A DNA stretch of 64,000 nucleotides from an uncultured candidate division Zixibacteria bacterium (GTDB lineage: Bacteria; Zixibacteria; MSB-5A5; UBA10806; 4484-95): the NCBI GenBank assembly GCA_963668625.2, contig CAXXKA010000004.1, positions 32,001-96,000 of the forward strand. The letters run 5' to 3'. Numbering within the stretch: the stretch's first letter is position 1; each line of letters starts with the position of its first letter. Position numbers and translations under genes: made by a program. Shown here piece by piece: positions 52,350 through 63,125 of the stretch. The notes beneath the pieces were generated by a model, which worked only from the letters and a program-made list of their open reading frames with translations, was not told the origin of the DNA and made no database searches.

Positions 52350-53204
52350 ATGCCTGATACGATTTTAGTCACTGGAGCTACCGGTAATGTGGGTAGCGAA
52401 GTGATCAATCAACTTCAAAACACCGGCCACAAAATTAAAGCCGGTGTACGCGATTTGCAGAAGGCTAAAAATTTCGGCTGGCAAGATGTCGAGTTGGTCC
52501 AGTTCGATTACACTAATCCCGAGTCAATCGAGAAAGCTATGAGCGGTGTGACCAAAATGTTCCTGGTCTCCCCGCCTGTTCATGCGGGCAACGATGAGCT
52601 TCTTTTTCGCGCTATCGATACGGCCAAAAATAATGGGGTGAAACATATAGTCGATCTATCGGCGATGAACGCTGAGAAATCTGAAAACACCCTGCGCAAT
52701 ATCGAACTGCGCTTGATCAACTCAGGCGTCACCTATACGATCCTGCGGCCTAACTGGTTCATGCAGAATTTCGCTACTATGCTGCACGAGAGCATTATGC
52801 AGCAAAACGGAGTATATTTGCCTGCCGGAGAAGCTAAAACCAGTTTCATCGATATTCGCGATATCGCGGCTATCGCCGGTAAGGCGCTTACCGAACCCGG
52901 CCATGAGAACAAAGAGTATACCTTAACCGGCGCCGATTCGCTGACTCATCATGAGGTAGTCGATATCATCGGCAAGGTCTCCGGCAAGAGCTTGAGTTAT
53001 ACGGCTCTCGAAGAGAACACGGCTCGCGAGATGATGCTAGGCGCAGGCTGGCCGGAATCCAGCGTTGAGGGCATGCTTGCGCTTTACAGTGATGTTCGCG
53101 ACGGCAAGACAGAGCAAGTCTCGTCTGAGATTGAAAGCATTCTCGGCAGAAAGCCGATCACATTCAAAAGATTCGCCGAGGATTATTCGGACAAGTGGAA
53201 ATAA
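52350..53204 (+). CDS. NmrA-like / atypical SDR NAD(P)H oxidoreductase
   Basis: ILVTGATGNVG, TILRPNWFMQN, IDIRDIA, LGRKPITF. Confidence 0.9.
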   Translation: MPDTILVTGATGNVGSEVINQLQNTGHKIKAGVRDLQKAKNFGWQDVELVQFDYTNPESIEKAMSGVTKMFLVSPPVHAGNDELLFRAIDTAKNNGVKHIVDLSAMNAEKSENTLRNIELRLINSGVTYTILRPNWFMQNFATMLHESIMQQNGVYLPAGEAKTSFIDIRDIAAIAGKALTEPGHENKEYTLTGADSLTHHEVVDIIGKVSGKSLSYTALEENTAREMMLGAGWPESSVEGMLALYSDVRDGKTEQVSSEIESILGRKPITFKRFAEDYSDKWK

Positions 53205-53329
53205 CCGGGCAGCAAATCGTTAATATCGAAAGCATTCAGAATATTCCTCGTGGTTGGGGTACGTCCTCGTACTCCAACCAGCATGCTTGTAGATGAAAGC
53301 CGAAAGCCTAGAAGAGATTGTCCGCCTGC

Positions 53330-53618
53330 CACAATGTCCGGTGTTTTTTCGGTAACTTTTATATTTCTCTTTGGAATTGTTAGTGAAAGGCATTTACTGA
53401 TTTAATTATTTTATTCAGCGTATCATGCATCCTGATATGTCCTGCTAATGTTAGGCTTAGTTCCCTGGTTTTCAAGCGCTGCCTGGAGACTTTCTTGAGT
53501 CATGTAAAATAGCATCTATGACGATACATTACTTCGCTCCGCTCGTAATGACTGCCCTCTGTTATATTTTCAACACGCCCAACGTTTCGCAACTAGAAGA
53601 AAAAGCCGGGCAGTAGAG
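53330..53618 (-). mobile_element. Degenerate IS4-type MITE copy with a nested palindrome
   Basis: Aligns to 56532-56785; ends ccgggcagtagag; internal ttacttcgctccgctcgtaatgac replaces part of the REP. Confidence 0.75.
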
Positions 53619-53932
53619 ACTTCGATCAATTTATACATGTGACAACATTTGCTTCAATTAGTGTTTTTTCTATGGCAATCCTTATCATATTGATATACCC
53701 TGCTCAAGAATCAAAATCCAACACCCGATATCCAATAGGAAGCAATATTGTTTTCATAGCAAGGGGGATATATTGCCACTAGTTTATTGGAATGACAATC
53801 TTAGTGTGAAAATCGATTCGATGGACGAGCAGCACAAGAAACTGGTCGCTATCCTAAACGAATTGTATGATTTTCATGAACAACGCAAAAGCAAACAGGT
53901 GATAGAAAAGACATTGAAGAAACTAGTATCAT

Positions 53933-55260
53933 CATTACTGTCCCAACGTTTTGTTTTTGAGTTGCTGTAAGTAGATAACTGGCAAGGGATTTTAGCAAAA
54001 AATAGAATTTTTCGATTTGAACTTGGAAAGCCGATTTAGCCATACTTCCGAGGGGGGAACTCGGAAGGAGATGGCTGATGCATTCAGGCAAGATTCTTTT
54101 ATCGCAGCTTATGGACTTTGTCCCGAGATACGAATTTCTCAAATGTGTGGGACGTTACCGGGGCAATTACAAGATCAAAAGCTTTTCCTGCTGGGACCAA
54201 TATCTTTGCATGGCTTTTGCTCAGCTTACTTACCGAGAGAGTCTGCGGGATATCGAGGCTTGCCTGAGGGCGGCTCATGTTAAGCTTTATCATATGGGTA
54301 TCAGAGGCAAAGTATCACGCAATACTCTAGCTCATGCCAATGAGGTGAGGGATTATCGCATTTATGAGGATTTTACCAGGACACTTATCAGCACGGCCAG
54401 AGGGTTGTATGTTAACGAGCCTTTCGGAGTGGAATTGGAGCAGACTGTTTATGCTCTCGATTCGACTACCATCGATTTGTGTTTGTCTCTTTTCCCCTGG
54501 GCTGAATTCAGGCGAAGGAAGGGAGCTATAAAGATGCACACTCTTCTGGATTTGCGCGGCAATATACCCAGCATGGTAATTGTTACTCCCGGAAAGGTTC
54601 ATGATGTAAATATCCTGGATAATCTGATGGTGGAAGCCGGCGCGATTTATATTCTGGACAAGGCTTATATAGATTATGCTCGTCTATACGGCATTCACAA
54701 ATCTCTGGCATTTTTTGTAACTCGTGCCAAGAAGAACTTCAACTACAGACGCCTTTACTCTCATCCCAAGAATGTAAAAGCCGGAATAAGAAGTGACCAG
54801 ACGGTTATGCTTAAAGGTTATTATGCCGGATTAGATTATCCTGAGAAGCTCAGACGCATAAGTTATATTGATCAGATATTGGACAAACGCTTTATCTTTC
54901 TGACCAATAACTTTGATTTACCGGCAATAACAATTGCTGAACTATATCGCTGTCGTTGGCAGGTGGAACTGTTCTTCAAATGGATTAAAAGCCATCTCAG
55001 GATAAAGAAGTTTTTCGGGCTATCAGACAATGCAGTCAAGACTCAGATATGGATAGCAATCAGCATCTATGTGCTGGTAGCGATAGTGAAGAAACGTTTA
55101 AATCTTAGAGCGAGCTTATATCAAATTCTACAGATTTTAAGCGTTACCCTGTTTGAGAAAATCCCTATAGAACAAGCACTTAGCGATATTGATACGGAAG
55201 AAATTATAACCGAAATCCCTAACCAATTGAAACTATTCAACTAACGTTGGGACAGTAGTG
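53933..55260 (+). mobile_element. IS4-family insertion sequence, copy B (1328 bp)
   Basis: Same IRs as copy A; TSD tagtatcat / tggtatcat (8 of 9 match). Confidence 0.95.
54078..55244 (+). CDS. IS4-family DDE transposase
   Basis: Identical to 40903..42069 except EQA versus EQG. Confidence 0.95.
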   Translation: MHSGKILLSQLMDFVPRYEFLKCVGRYRGNYKIKSFSCWDQYLCMAFAQLTYRESLRDIEACLRAAHVKLYHMGIRGKVSRNTLAHANEVRDYRIYEDFTRTLISTARGLYVNEPFGVELEQTVYALDSTTIDLCLSLFPWAEFRRRKGAIKMHTLLDLRGNIPSMVIVTPGKVHDVNILDNLMVEAGAIYILDKAYIDYARLYGIHKSLAFFVTRAKKNFNYRRLYSHPKNVKAGIRSDQTVMLKGYYAGLDYPEKLRRISYIDQILDKRFIFLTNNFDLPAITIAELYRCRWQVELFFKWIKSHLRIKKFFGLSDNAVKTQIWIAISIYVLVAIVKKRLNLRASLYQILQILSVTLFEKIPIEQALSDIDTEEIITEIPNQLKLFN

Positions 55261-55586
55261 TGGTATCATATATTCAAACTCACTTTTCCTCCGAGGAAAA
55301 ATTAATGGGAGAGGCGAAATATCCCCAACTCGCGGAACATATAACCAAACACAAGAAATTGACTATCAAGGTAGTCGAGTTCATTGAAAGGTTCAATAAA
55401 TTCGAAACTGTTAATACCGCTGATTTGTTGAAATTCCTGCAGGAGTGGCTGTTAAAACATATTGCCATGGAGGACAAACAATACGGAATGTATATCAACC
55501 AGCAACAGAAAGCAAAACCTAGCATGCACTGAGTATTCAACGAATAATACCACCATTAATGTCGGGATTCTCCATTCACTCCCCCA

Positions 55587-55680
55587 GGAATTATTGAAAA
55601 AGTCAGCTCCAGGAGTCGCCGGGCGGACGAAGTCCTTTGTTCATCCTTTCCTTTCTGCCCAATGAATTTTTCAATAACCC
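55587..55680. mobile_element. Small MITE-like element
   Basis: IR ttattgaaaaagtca / tgaatttttcaataa enclosing a gggcgga...tctgccc hairpin. Confidence 0.5.
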
Positions 55681-55709
55681 AGAATCCGTGCTCCAATATG
55701 GTTATATGA

Positions 55710-55823
55710 ATGGGTAAAACACTAAAAAGCCTTATCGACTATACCAGAACTCATTTCTCGAACGAGGATATGAAATACGCGAAGTATATTTCCCAGAAAC
55801 AGAAAGAGAAAGTCACGGCCTGA
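55710..55823 (+). pseudogene. Hemerythrin remnant (5'-truncated and internally deleted)
   Basis: MGKTLKSLIDYTRTHFSN|EDMKYAKYISQKQKEKVTA aligns to two separate parts of 56034..56453. Confidence 0.8.
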
Positions 55824-56033
55824 TCGTATAAAAACATTCTGTCGAAAAACCGCCGAATCGCCAAATTCTGTAGTTGATCCCAATGGTAATGGTATAAAAG
55901 TTATTATCTCCAGTCTTATTCATATCCAACGGGTAAGATAACGGCAAACTCAATCGGATAATTCAAGAGTCATTTCTATCTCCCGATATTCTGCATTATA
56001 AAATCAAACTAACTATTTATCAGGGAGGCATAG

Positions 56034-56453
56034 ATGGCATTTATCGATTGGAATGAAAGTTACAGCGTTCAAATCGTATCTATGGATGATCAGCATAAAA
56101 AGCTAGTGGCAATAATCAACGAGCTTCACGAACATCAAAAACAGGGCAAAAGTAAAGAGGTCATGGATAAAACACTAAAAAGTCTAGTCGCCTATACCCG
56201 AACTCACTTTTTGGCCGAGGAAAAAGTCATGGAGCAAGCTAATTACCCTAAATTGGCCGATCATAAACAAAACCATCAGAAATTGATCAGCAATGTTTCG
56301 GATTATCTGAAAAAGTACCAGGCCGGTGAATCTATCACCGCTATCGGCTTGCTCAAGTTCCTTCATGACTGGCTATTAAAGCATATAGTACAGGAGGATA
56401 TGTATTATGGTAAGTTCATAACCAATAACGAGAAAGTTAAAGCAAACGTGTAA
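56034..56453 (+). CDS. Bacteriohemerythrin
   Basis: IDWNESYSV..MDDQHKKL, HFLAEE, HKQNH, WLLKHIVQED. Confidence 0.93.
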   Translation: MAFIDWNESYSVQIVSMDDQHKKLVAIINELHEHQKQGKSKEVMDKTLKSLVAYTRTHFLAEEKVMEQANYPKLADHKQNHQKLISNVSDYLKKYQAGESITAIGLLKFLHDWLLKHIVQEDMYYGKFITNNEKVKANV

Positions 56454-56474
56454 GCATGAGAAGACATATTTTTA

Positions 56475-56508
56475 AAACGCCGGGTCGAATGATTCGGCGT
56501 TTATTTTT
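56475..56508 (+). terminator. Rho-independent terminator
   Basis: aaacgccgggtc-gaat-gattcggcgttt plus T-run. Confidence 0.7.
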
Positions 56509-56531
56509 GCTTTCAGCTTATTGCAATATAT

Positions 56532-56785
56532 CACGAGTGTCCGGTGTTTTTCGGTAAATTTTAAATTTCTCCTTGGAATTGTTAGTGAAAAATATTTTCC
56601 GATATAATTATATATTCAGCGTATCATGCATCCTGATATGTCCTGCTAATGTTAGGCTTAGTTCCCTGGTTTCCAAGCGCTGCCTGGAAACCTTCTTTAA
56701 TCATGTAGAATAGGCATTCTGGCAGCAGACAAGCCATGTTGCGAAGCAGCGCTTCGCAATGAGATGGAAAGACCGGACAGTAGTG
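56532..56785 (-). mobile_element. IS4-type MITE (254 bp) carrying a REP doublet
   Basis: Inverted copy of 32752-33006; IR cacgagtgtccgg / ccggacagtagtg; TSD gcaatatat / acaatatat. Confidence 0.88.
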
Positions 56786-57135
56786 ACAATATATAAAAAC
56801 TCAATCCCGAGATTTGATTGATAAAATCCCGGATATATCCTCGAAACATAAAAGGTCTGAAAATGGCGTGTATAAAACCATTCGCATACCCCTTAATACT
56901 TTATCATCACAATGTTACGGTTTCCGGGGAATCGGCTAGATACGATAAAATCATATAAGTTATTGCCTTTTAGAAACATCAGGGCATTAAAATGTGTTAA
57001 TATCCTCCAGAAACTTAATAAACCACTTGACGTATAACAGTTATTGCGTTTTTATCAGGGTAATCGCCAATTCGGGCTTTTTGCCCGATTTTTTAATTTG
57101 ACGGGGGCTTGAGGATTATATTGGAGGATCAATAA

Positions 57136-57792
57136 ATGAAGATAACCATCTTGGGTACAGGCAACGTGGGCAGCTCTCTGGGCAAGAGATGGTCTGATAA
57201 AGGACATGAAATAACTTATGGCGCGCGGAATCCCGAAAGTGACAGGGTAAAAGACCTGCTCAACGATTCGCAAAACGGCACGAGAGCTCTAACCATGAGC
57301 AAAGCCGCAGATGGAGCCGACGTGGTCGTGTTGGCCACGCCCTGGTCATCGGCGGAGGTTACGCTCGATCAAGTAGGCAGCCTCGAGGGCAAGATTCTTG
57401 TAGATGCCACCAATCCCCTGGCCGAGGGTTTGAGCGGCTTATCGATAGACCCTGAAACCTCCGCCGGCGAGATGATCTCCCAGTGGTGCCCCGGCGCGAA
57501 AGTGGTCAAGGCTTTTAATGTTGCCGGTACGGGTGGTATGATTAATCGGATTAGCAATGACCAGAGATTGACCATGCCTATCTGCGGAAACAACGACGAG
57601 GCGAAAAAACTGGTGTCCTCGCTGGCCGAGGAGATAGATATTGATATTTACGATGCCGGTGATATCACGATGGCTCGTTACATCGAACCGATGATAATGT
57701 TGTGGATCACCCTGGCCTATAAGCAAGGTATCGCACCTAACCAGGCATTCGAGATGATAAAACAAAAAGTCGAGGAAGGCGAGGCCGCTTAA
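57136..57792 (+). CDS. NADP-dependent oxidoreductase, F420H2:NADP+ reductase-like family
   Basis: ILGTGNVG, DVVVLATPW, VDATNPL, VVKAFN. Confidence 0.88.
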   Translation: MKITILGTGNVGSSLGKRWSDKGHEITYGARNPESDRVKDLLNDSQNGTRALTMSKAADGADVVVLATPWSSAEVTLDQVGSLEGKILVDATNPLAEGLSGLSIDPETSAGEMISQWCPGAKVVKAFNVAGTGGMINRISNDQRLTMPICGNNDEAKKLVSSLAEEIDIDIYDAGDITMARYIEPMIMLWITLAYKQGIAPNQAFEMIKQKVEEGEAA

Positions 57793-57905
57793 GCTTTCGA
57801 ATAGTTTGCCCGGTAAATTAATACGGTAAGAGATTTTCACGGGGACATCCGATTGAATGTCCCTGTTTTTTTAAGCTACAAATAAGAGTATTGAGGATTA
57901 GAGTA

Positions 57906-58742
57906 ATGACTCAACATGATAACCTGCAATCTCTGATGGACTACGCCCCGGATATAAATTCACCCTGGGATGGTAGTTATAAAATACCCTGGAATGACCC
58001 CGAATTCAGCGCCCGCATGCTCAAGGAGCATCTCTCACAAAGCCACGATCTGGCAAGCCGTCGATCCAGCTATATAGATGAGCAGGTGAAATGGATATAT
58101 GAGACGTTCTGTAAATCGCAGCCATGCAAAATACTCGATCTGGGTTGCGGTCCCGGGCTTTATCTCAAGAATTTCATAATACGCGATTGTTCGGGTAAGG
58201 GAATCGATTTCTCCCCCGCCTCGATCGAGTATGCTAATAAGCTGGTAAAAGACGGCGCTTTGTTCGTTTGCAATGATATCCGTAAGGCTGAATTTGGCGA
58301 GGGTTATGATCTCGTTTACATGATATACGGCGAATTCAACGTTTTTTCGCCGGATGAGATCGCGCTCATACTGGATAAAGCCCACGCTGCTTTAAATGAT
58401 GGCGGAACATTACTGATCGAGCCACATACGTTCGAGGCCGTAAGGCGAATCGGTGAGGCACAGGACACATGGTATAAGATGCCCTCAGGTTTGTTCTCCG
58501 CCAGGCCCCATGTCTGCCTCATCGATAATCACTGGAATGATGAGTTGAAAGTGGCTCTGCAGTATTTTCATATAATAGATATCGAATCGGGCACTGTAAA
58601 TCATCACAGAAGCACCACTAAAGCCTGGGATGAGGACGAATATCGTCAGTTGTTGAAAAACGCCGGATTCAAGAATATCGTTAAAGAGGATGATTGGGAA
58701 TCCAATAACAGCGATTTGTTCATGTTAAGCGCCTTGAAATAG
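57906..58742 (+). CDS. Class I SAM-dependent methyltransferase
   Basis: ILDLGCGPGLY, GIDFSPASI. Confidence 0.9.
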   Translation: MTQHDNLQSLMDYAPDINSPWDGSYKIPWNDPEFSARMLKEHLSQSHDLASRRSSYIDEQVKWIYETFCKSQPCKILDLGCGPGLYLKNFIIRDCSGKGIDFSPASIEYANKLVKDGALFVCNDIRKAEFGEGYDLVYMIYGEFNVFSPDEIALILDKAHAALNDGGTLLIEPHTFEAVRRIGEAQDTWYKMPSGLFSARPHVCLIDNHWNDELKVALQYFHIIDIESGTVNHHRSTTKAWDEDEYRQLLKNAGFKNIVKEDDWESNNSDLFMLSALK

Positions 58743-58929
58743 AATCAATCAGATCGCAAGATCATTCGGCAGTAAGTACGTTCTATTTGCTTGATTGCAA
58801 CGATATAGTATCCCTATAAAGGGATTGTTAAAAACCTCAATGAGGCGATAATAATCCTACCTGCTACGGGCTATCATACATTATTACAACTATAACAATT
58901 AGGTGAATTCAACCTGAACTATCAGTTAT

Positions 58930-59811
58930 CTATTTGAATTCCCTTTCATAGCCGCTTATCCTATCACTTATTTTGAATCCCACCCGTTCGTATAGCCGTC
59001 TGGCCGGGTTATCCTCATAAACGGTCAGGTTGATCTCGTTTATTTTATCGAATGAAAACACGTACTCGATACCTTTCGATAACAACGCCTGCCCCAGTCC
59101 GCTGCCTCGGCTATCGGGATGCACGCCGATAAATTCGAGATTGGCCACACCGAATTCCGGCTGCGGCTCGACATATATATAACCGGAGACAGGATTATTA
59201 ACAAACACCTTCCGTATATCGTTGCATCTCCCGATTATGTCCTCCCCGCTGTAATAGGTGCCGGGGAACGTCCGGTCATGAAGATCGCGAAAATCATCCT
59301 CATATTCCCCGGTCAGTTCGACAATATGCGAGTGTTCACAGGGAATGAATTCCGATTGCTTAAGCTGAAGTATCAGTCCGGCCGTACCCAGGGGCTTAAA
59401 ACCATGTTTACCGGCAAACTCGATACCGTTGGTGTTCAGGGCGTTCATGCTCATCATCATGCATGTTATACTAGATGGCAGTGTCTTTTCGACTTCCCCC
59501 CAGAGCATCTCGGCTATCTCATGCCAATTATCATGCTTGATAAACGGCCCGAGCGAATACATGTAACCTTTCTCGTTATCATAGTCGAGCCCCCAAACAG
59601 CGATTAGATTGTCATTTTCGTACGCCAGATGGAATCCCTCGGTGGCCGGCATATCAAGTAAATCATCTTTAATGAAATACTCTATCTCATCGGGGTTAAT
59701 ACCCAGGTCGGTAAAGTTATGTTCCTTGCGCGAGTTCATCATGGCAATGAATCGTGCCACCGGTCGGAAATCGTCCGCAGTGAGTTTCTTTATTGTAACA
59801 GGCATAAGCAT
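58930..59811 (-). CDS. GNAT N-acetyltransferase (tandem domains)
   Basis: IGVHPDSRGSGLG, NPARRLYERVGF. Confidence 0.88.
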   Translation of the reverse strand: MLMPVTIKKLTADDFRPVARFIAMMNSRKEHNFTDLGINPDEIEYFIKDDLLDMPATEGFHLAYENDNLIAVWGLDYDNEKGYMYSLGPFIKHDNWHEIAEMLWGEVEKTLPSSITCMMMSMNALNTNGIEFAGKHGFKPLGTAGLILQLKQSEFIPCEHSHIVELTGEYEDDFRDLHDRTFPGTYYSGEDIIGRCNDIRKVFVNNPVSGYIYVEPQPEFGVANLEFIGVHPDSRGSGLGQALLSKGIEYVFSFDKINEINLTVYEDNPARRLYERVGFKISDRISGYEREFK

Positions 59812-60200
59812 CTACTCTTCTTTTGTTTAACATGCATGTCTAGTTTCTTGGCTTACTCCTCTTCGCTATGGCGCACCAACCTATATCTGATACATGCAAA
59901 CGCATTTGTTATTTTATACTCGGGTTAGTTCGCGATTGGACAGACACGCCCAGAGGAGGTTAGACCTGTTTGCTTACAGGTATTAGCAGAGAATCACATC
60001 AGCAAACAGATTGCTTCGTATGCTCCGCTTCCTCGCAATGACTGCCATGATTATTGGTCGGGGTACGTCCTCGCTTGCCCAGGCGGTGCCCCATGCAAAT
60101 AAACCCGGCAGAGGAAGGCGGCCGCCGGCCACGAATCTTTACGCTTACAAAAAGGCTCAACAGGTTGAGCTACTCTGATGAAATAAATCATGCCATCGGC

Positions 60201-60704
60201 TTAAATTTCCGGGGGTTTGCTGCCGTACTTATCCCACTCATCATAAGAGGGCCCATACATTCCCGGCAATTTCAAACCGGCCTGGCGCATCAATACCGTC
60301 ATCTGGGCGCGGTGATGGATTTCGTGCACTACTGCCATCCACAGGCCGAAACCGTTGGTGAATTTCTGGCCGTAGAGTTCGACCTCCTCGGCGAGTTTGG
60401 CGTCGTCCCAATCGGCTGAGACAGCTTTATCGAGCGTGGTGGCGGCTTTATCGTACGTATCGAGAATCTCTTTTGCTGTAGATGGTACGGGCGTGTTCTC
60501 CGGCGGGCATTCTACTTTCAGGCCCAGGCCATTGCCCAGTTCGCCCAGAGTTAGCACTATATGCCAGGCTATACGGCCAAGCGTACGATGATCATCCGTT
60601 ATCTGCTGAGATAAGCTTTCATCGGTTAACGCAGCCATCATCTTATAGGTACCGCCTGATTCCTGTTTCCAGGCGCCGGTAAACTGATTGATTGTTAAAA
60701 ACAT
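60201..60704 (-). CDS. DinB-family protein
   Basis: RTLGRIAWHI, HEIHHRAQMTVLMRQAG. Confidence 0.9.
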   Translation of the reverse strand: MFLTINQFTGAWKQESGGTYKMMAALTDESLSQQITDDHRTLGRIAWHIVLTLGELGNGLGLKVECPPENTPVPSTAKEILDTYDKAATTLDKAVSADWDDAKLAEEVELYGQKFTNGFGLWMAVVHEIHHRAQMTVLMRQAGLKLPGMYGPSYDEWDKYGSKPPEI

Positions 60705-60948
60705 TAATTCTCCCTTTCCGTGACATGTCGCAACTGCCGGACAGGTATGGATTGCTAGCCCTTATGAATCCGGCTTCGCTATTATTTCAGTGATTTTCAG
60801 ATCATTTTATATTTGACTGATACGGTTTGATAATATATTTGTTGCTGAATAGCAAATATAAAAACAGCCGAACGAATACGTTTGTTAATGCAATCGATAA
60901 TACATCCGGTCTTTTCTGTTTGCTAATCGGATGATCGTGTGAATTATA

Positions 60949-61500
60949 TCATCCGCAATCCCGCGATTTAGTTACCCACAGTTTTGCCAGAATCGGTAGC
61001 GCGATGATCTGTATAATGGCCGCCGGGATACCGGGAATCAGCGCGGCTTTAAAATAGGTAGTGAACCCACCTGCCGCCGTTACTGTTGCCAATACAGTCG
61101 CAGCAAAAAACAGCCGCCCGGCCAGCACTGCAATTATCACACTGAGAAAGCCGTTAAACGCGAATTTCTCACGGAGCAAACCGGCGACAAAGCCATAAAC
61201 AGCCAGCTCGACTGTCATCGCCGGAATTATACCGGGAAACGGCATACCTGAGATCATATTGCTGGCGATAGGCGCCAACAGACCTACTATTGCGCCGCCT
61301 CTCCAGCCAAACACGAGTCCGGCGAGGATAACAGGCCAATGCATCGGTAACAGAATACGTACAGGCGCGCCGGAAATATGAGCTATGGCCGGTAGCAACG
61401 CCGCTGCAGCCACCAGTAGTATTTGCATTATTATCGAGCGAGCTCCCCAGAAAGTTAGAGTTGGCGCCGGGACAGCTATGGCAGTTTCTTTATTTTGCAT
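60949..61500 (-). CDS. ECF transporter S component
   Basis: LLPMHWPVILAGL..GWRGG, SGMP, MTVELAVYG; no ECF ATPase genes adjacent. Confidence 0.8.
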   Translation of the reverse strand: MQNKETAIAVPAPTLTFWGARSIIMQILLVAAAALLPAIAHISGAPVRILLPMHWPVILAGLVFGWRGGAIVGLLAPIASNMISGMPFPGIIPAMTVELAVYGFVAGLLREKFAFNGFLSVIIAVLAGRLFFAATVLATVTAAGGFTTYFKAALIPGIPAAIIQIIALPILAKLWVTKSRDCG

Positions 61501-61777
61501 ATTTTTCCTCCGCTAAATTTTAATGATTATTCGATCCAACATATTTTTACATACGTTAATACGATATGTTGGTTTCAGGATGCAAGGATATTTGAGTCTT
61601 CGGTTATGAAATTGCAATAATTGTAGTAGGTCAAGCCCACTCGGGGCTTGACTAAACCGCGCTGATATTACGAACGTGATTAGCATGTATTGGTAGAATG
61701 TTGGACTACACATACCTCAGGATGGAAGGAACGACATACTGAGGTTGGTATTAATATCATTTCCAGTAAAAAGCTTC

Positions 61778-61921
61778 TGTCATTCACACGGAAGTGGGAA
61801 TCTGTTCATTTTATCTCGAAGGTATATAAACGAGATCCCCGTTTTCACGGGGATGACAACTTTCCACTGAGCAGGAAGGAATCCTTTCCTTCCTGCTGTT
61901 TTCATGCAGAATGTCGCCGGG
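61778..61921. repeat. GTCAT-type doublet plus inverted copy of 36470-36525
   Basis: cactgagcaggaaggaatcctttccttcctgctgttttcatgcagaatgtcgccgg is the reverse complement (1 mismatch) of 36470-36525. Confidence 0.8.
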
Positions 61922-61966
61922 TAAGGATAAAAATATTCGTCCGCCCTGCACTTTTGAATACGGATC

Positions 61967-62731
61967 CTACCCTATCTCCCTGTCAGCCGGGCCGTCATAT
62001 TCGTAATCGGAGAGGCCGAGCTTGCGCATCGGTTTATAACGGGTCAGCTCCTCATAGGCGTGGGCCACTAGCCCGGCGCATCTAGAGATGATGAAAAAGC
62101 CCTTGCCGACACGATAGTCGAATCCCATGTCGGACATCACCGCGCCGATTGCGCCATCGACATTAATAGGTAATTTCTTGCCGGAACTGGTGACCATCTT
62201 CTCCTGCAGCGCTTTGGCCAATTCGATATGCTTACCGCTGTAGTTGTTCTTCTGGGCGATCTCGAACAGCTTAACCGTACGCGGATCGACATTGTGCAGG
62301 CGATGGCCGAAGCCGGGCATGCGCATCCTGGTTTGCTTAATATGCGCGATGAGTTGGTCGGCGACCTCGTTCATATTATCACCTTTGGCGGCCCACTCCT
62401 GCAGGATTCTGGCGCATTGCTCCATCGCGCCGCCATGCGATTCGCCTATTGTAAGTATGCCGCCGGCGATACAGGCATTAAGCGGATTACCACCCGAGGC
62501 AACGACTCGGGTCGCCAGCGAGGAGGGCGGCGTTGTGCCGTGGTCTACCGAGGAGACGAGAATAGCCTCCATCATCTTGGCCTCGGCAGGAGTGGGCAAC
62601 TCGCCTTTCAGAAGCAAGAATAGCGTTTCGGCGAAAGTCTTCTTCTCCATTAACTCTACTACATCGTAGCCTTTTACCCTGATATTGCCCGGTTCAATTT
62701 TCGTAATTGATGTTTTCGGCGTTTCTGACAT
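61967..62731 (-). CDS. Citryl-CoA lyase (citrate synthase-like)
   Basis: VDHG..PPS, GESHGGA, MPGFGHRLH, DPR, LPINVDG; RBS aaggag. Confidence 0.88.
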   Translation of the reverse strand: MSETPKTSITKIEPGNIRVKGYDVVELMEKKTFAETLFLLLKGELPTPAEAKMMEAILVSSVDHGTTPPSSLATRVVASGGNPLNACIAGGILTIGESHGGAMEQCARILQEWAAKGDNMNEVADQLIAHIKQTRMRMPGFGHRLHNVDPRTVKLFEIAQKNNYSGKHIELAKALQEKMVTSSGKKLPINVDGAIGAVMSDMGFDYRVGKGFFIISRCAGLVAHAYEELTRYKPMRKLGLSDYEYDGPADREIG

Positions 62732-62861
62732 AGGTCTCTCCTTCGGTAATATTGAATTTCGTATAAATTTGAACATCAAAATCCACAAGTCAATGGAAAT
62801 ATTAGCAAAAATGACGATTAAATAAATAAATACGGGTTAGAATCTCGACAACGGAGGAATC

Positions 62862-63071
62862 TTGGATCGCACTAAACCTAAACCGAAAAAGAAATGTAGT
62901 TACTATGAATACTGCTATATTGCCGAGGGCTCGGAATGTTTCGGCTACAAAAGAGATTGTCCTTTATACATGTCCACTAATGATCATCTGGTAACAGAGG
63001 ATGCTTTCCACAAGGCAATGGATACGCTGATTAATAAAACGAAGATCAAATATCAGGGCACAAAAAAATAA
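62862..63071 (+). CDS. Small hypothetical protein with four Cys
   Basis: RBS ggagg before TTG; CSYYEYC...C......CPLY. Confidence 0.6.
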   Translation: MDRTKPKPKKKCSYYEYCYIAEGSECFGYKRDCPLYMSTNDHLVTEDAFHKAMDTLINKTKIKYQGTKK

Positions 63072-63100
63072 CCGGCTACCCCCCTTTAGAATAGCCGGTT
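63070..63100. terminator. Hairpin between convergent genes
   Basis: aaccggcta...tagccggtt. Confidence 0.5.
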
Positions 63101-63125
63101 CACTCATCACGGATGTAATAGCCTT

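Larger units (their letters stand above)
53773..55532 (+). pseudogene. Bacteriohemerythrin interrupted by IS4
   Basis: W...LSVKIDSMDEQHKKL...KLVS | YIQTHFSSEE...H...H...WLLKHIAMED rejoins in frame when the IS and one TSD are removed. Confidence 0.92.

Noticed and set aside
53330-56785. Composite transposon of two MITEs carrying the hemerythrins
   Set aside because: The right MITE has its own 9-bp TSD, indicating independent insertion; no shared outer TSD was seen
61500-61960. Vitamin riboswitch upstream of the ECF S component
   Set aside because: No recognisable aptamer consensus; the region is made of REP-type hairpins
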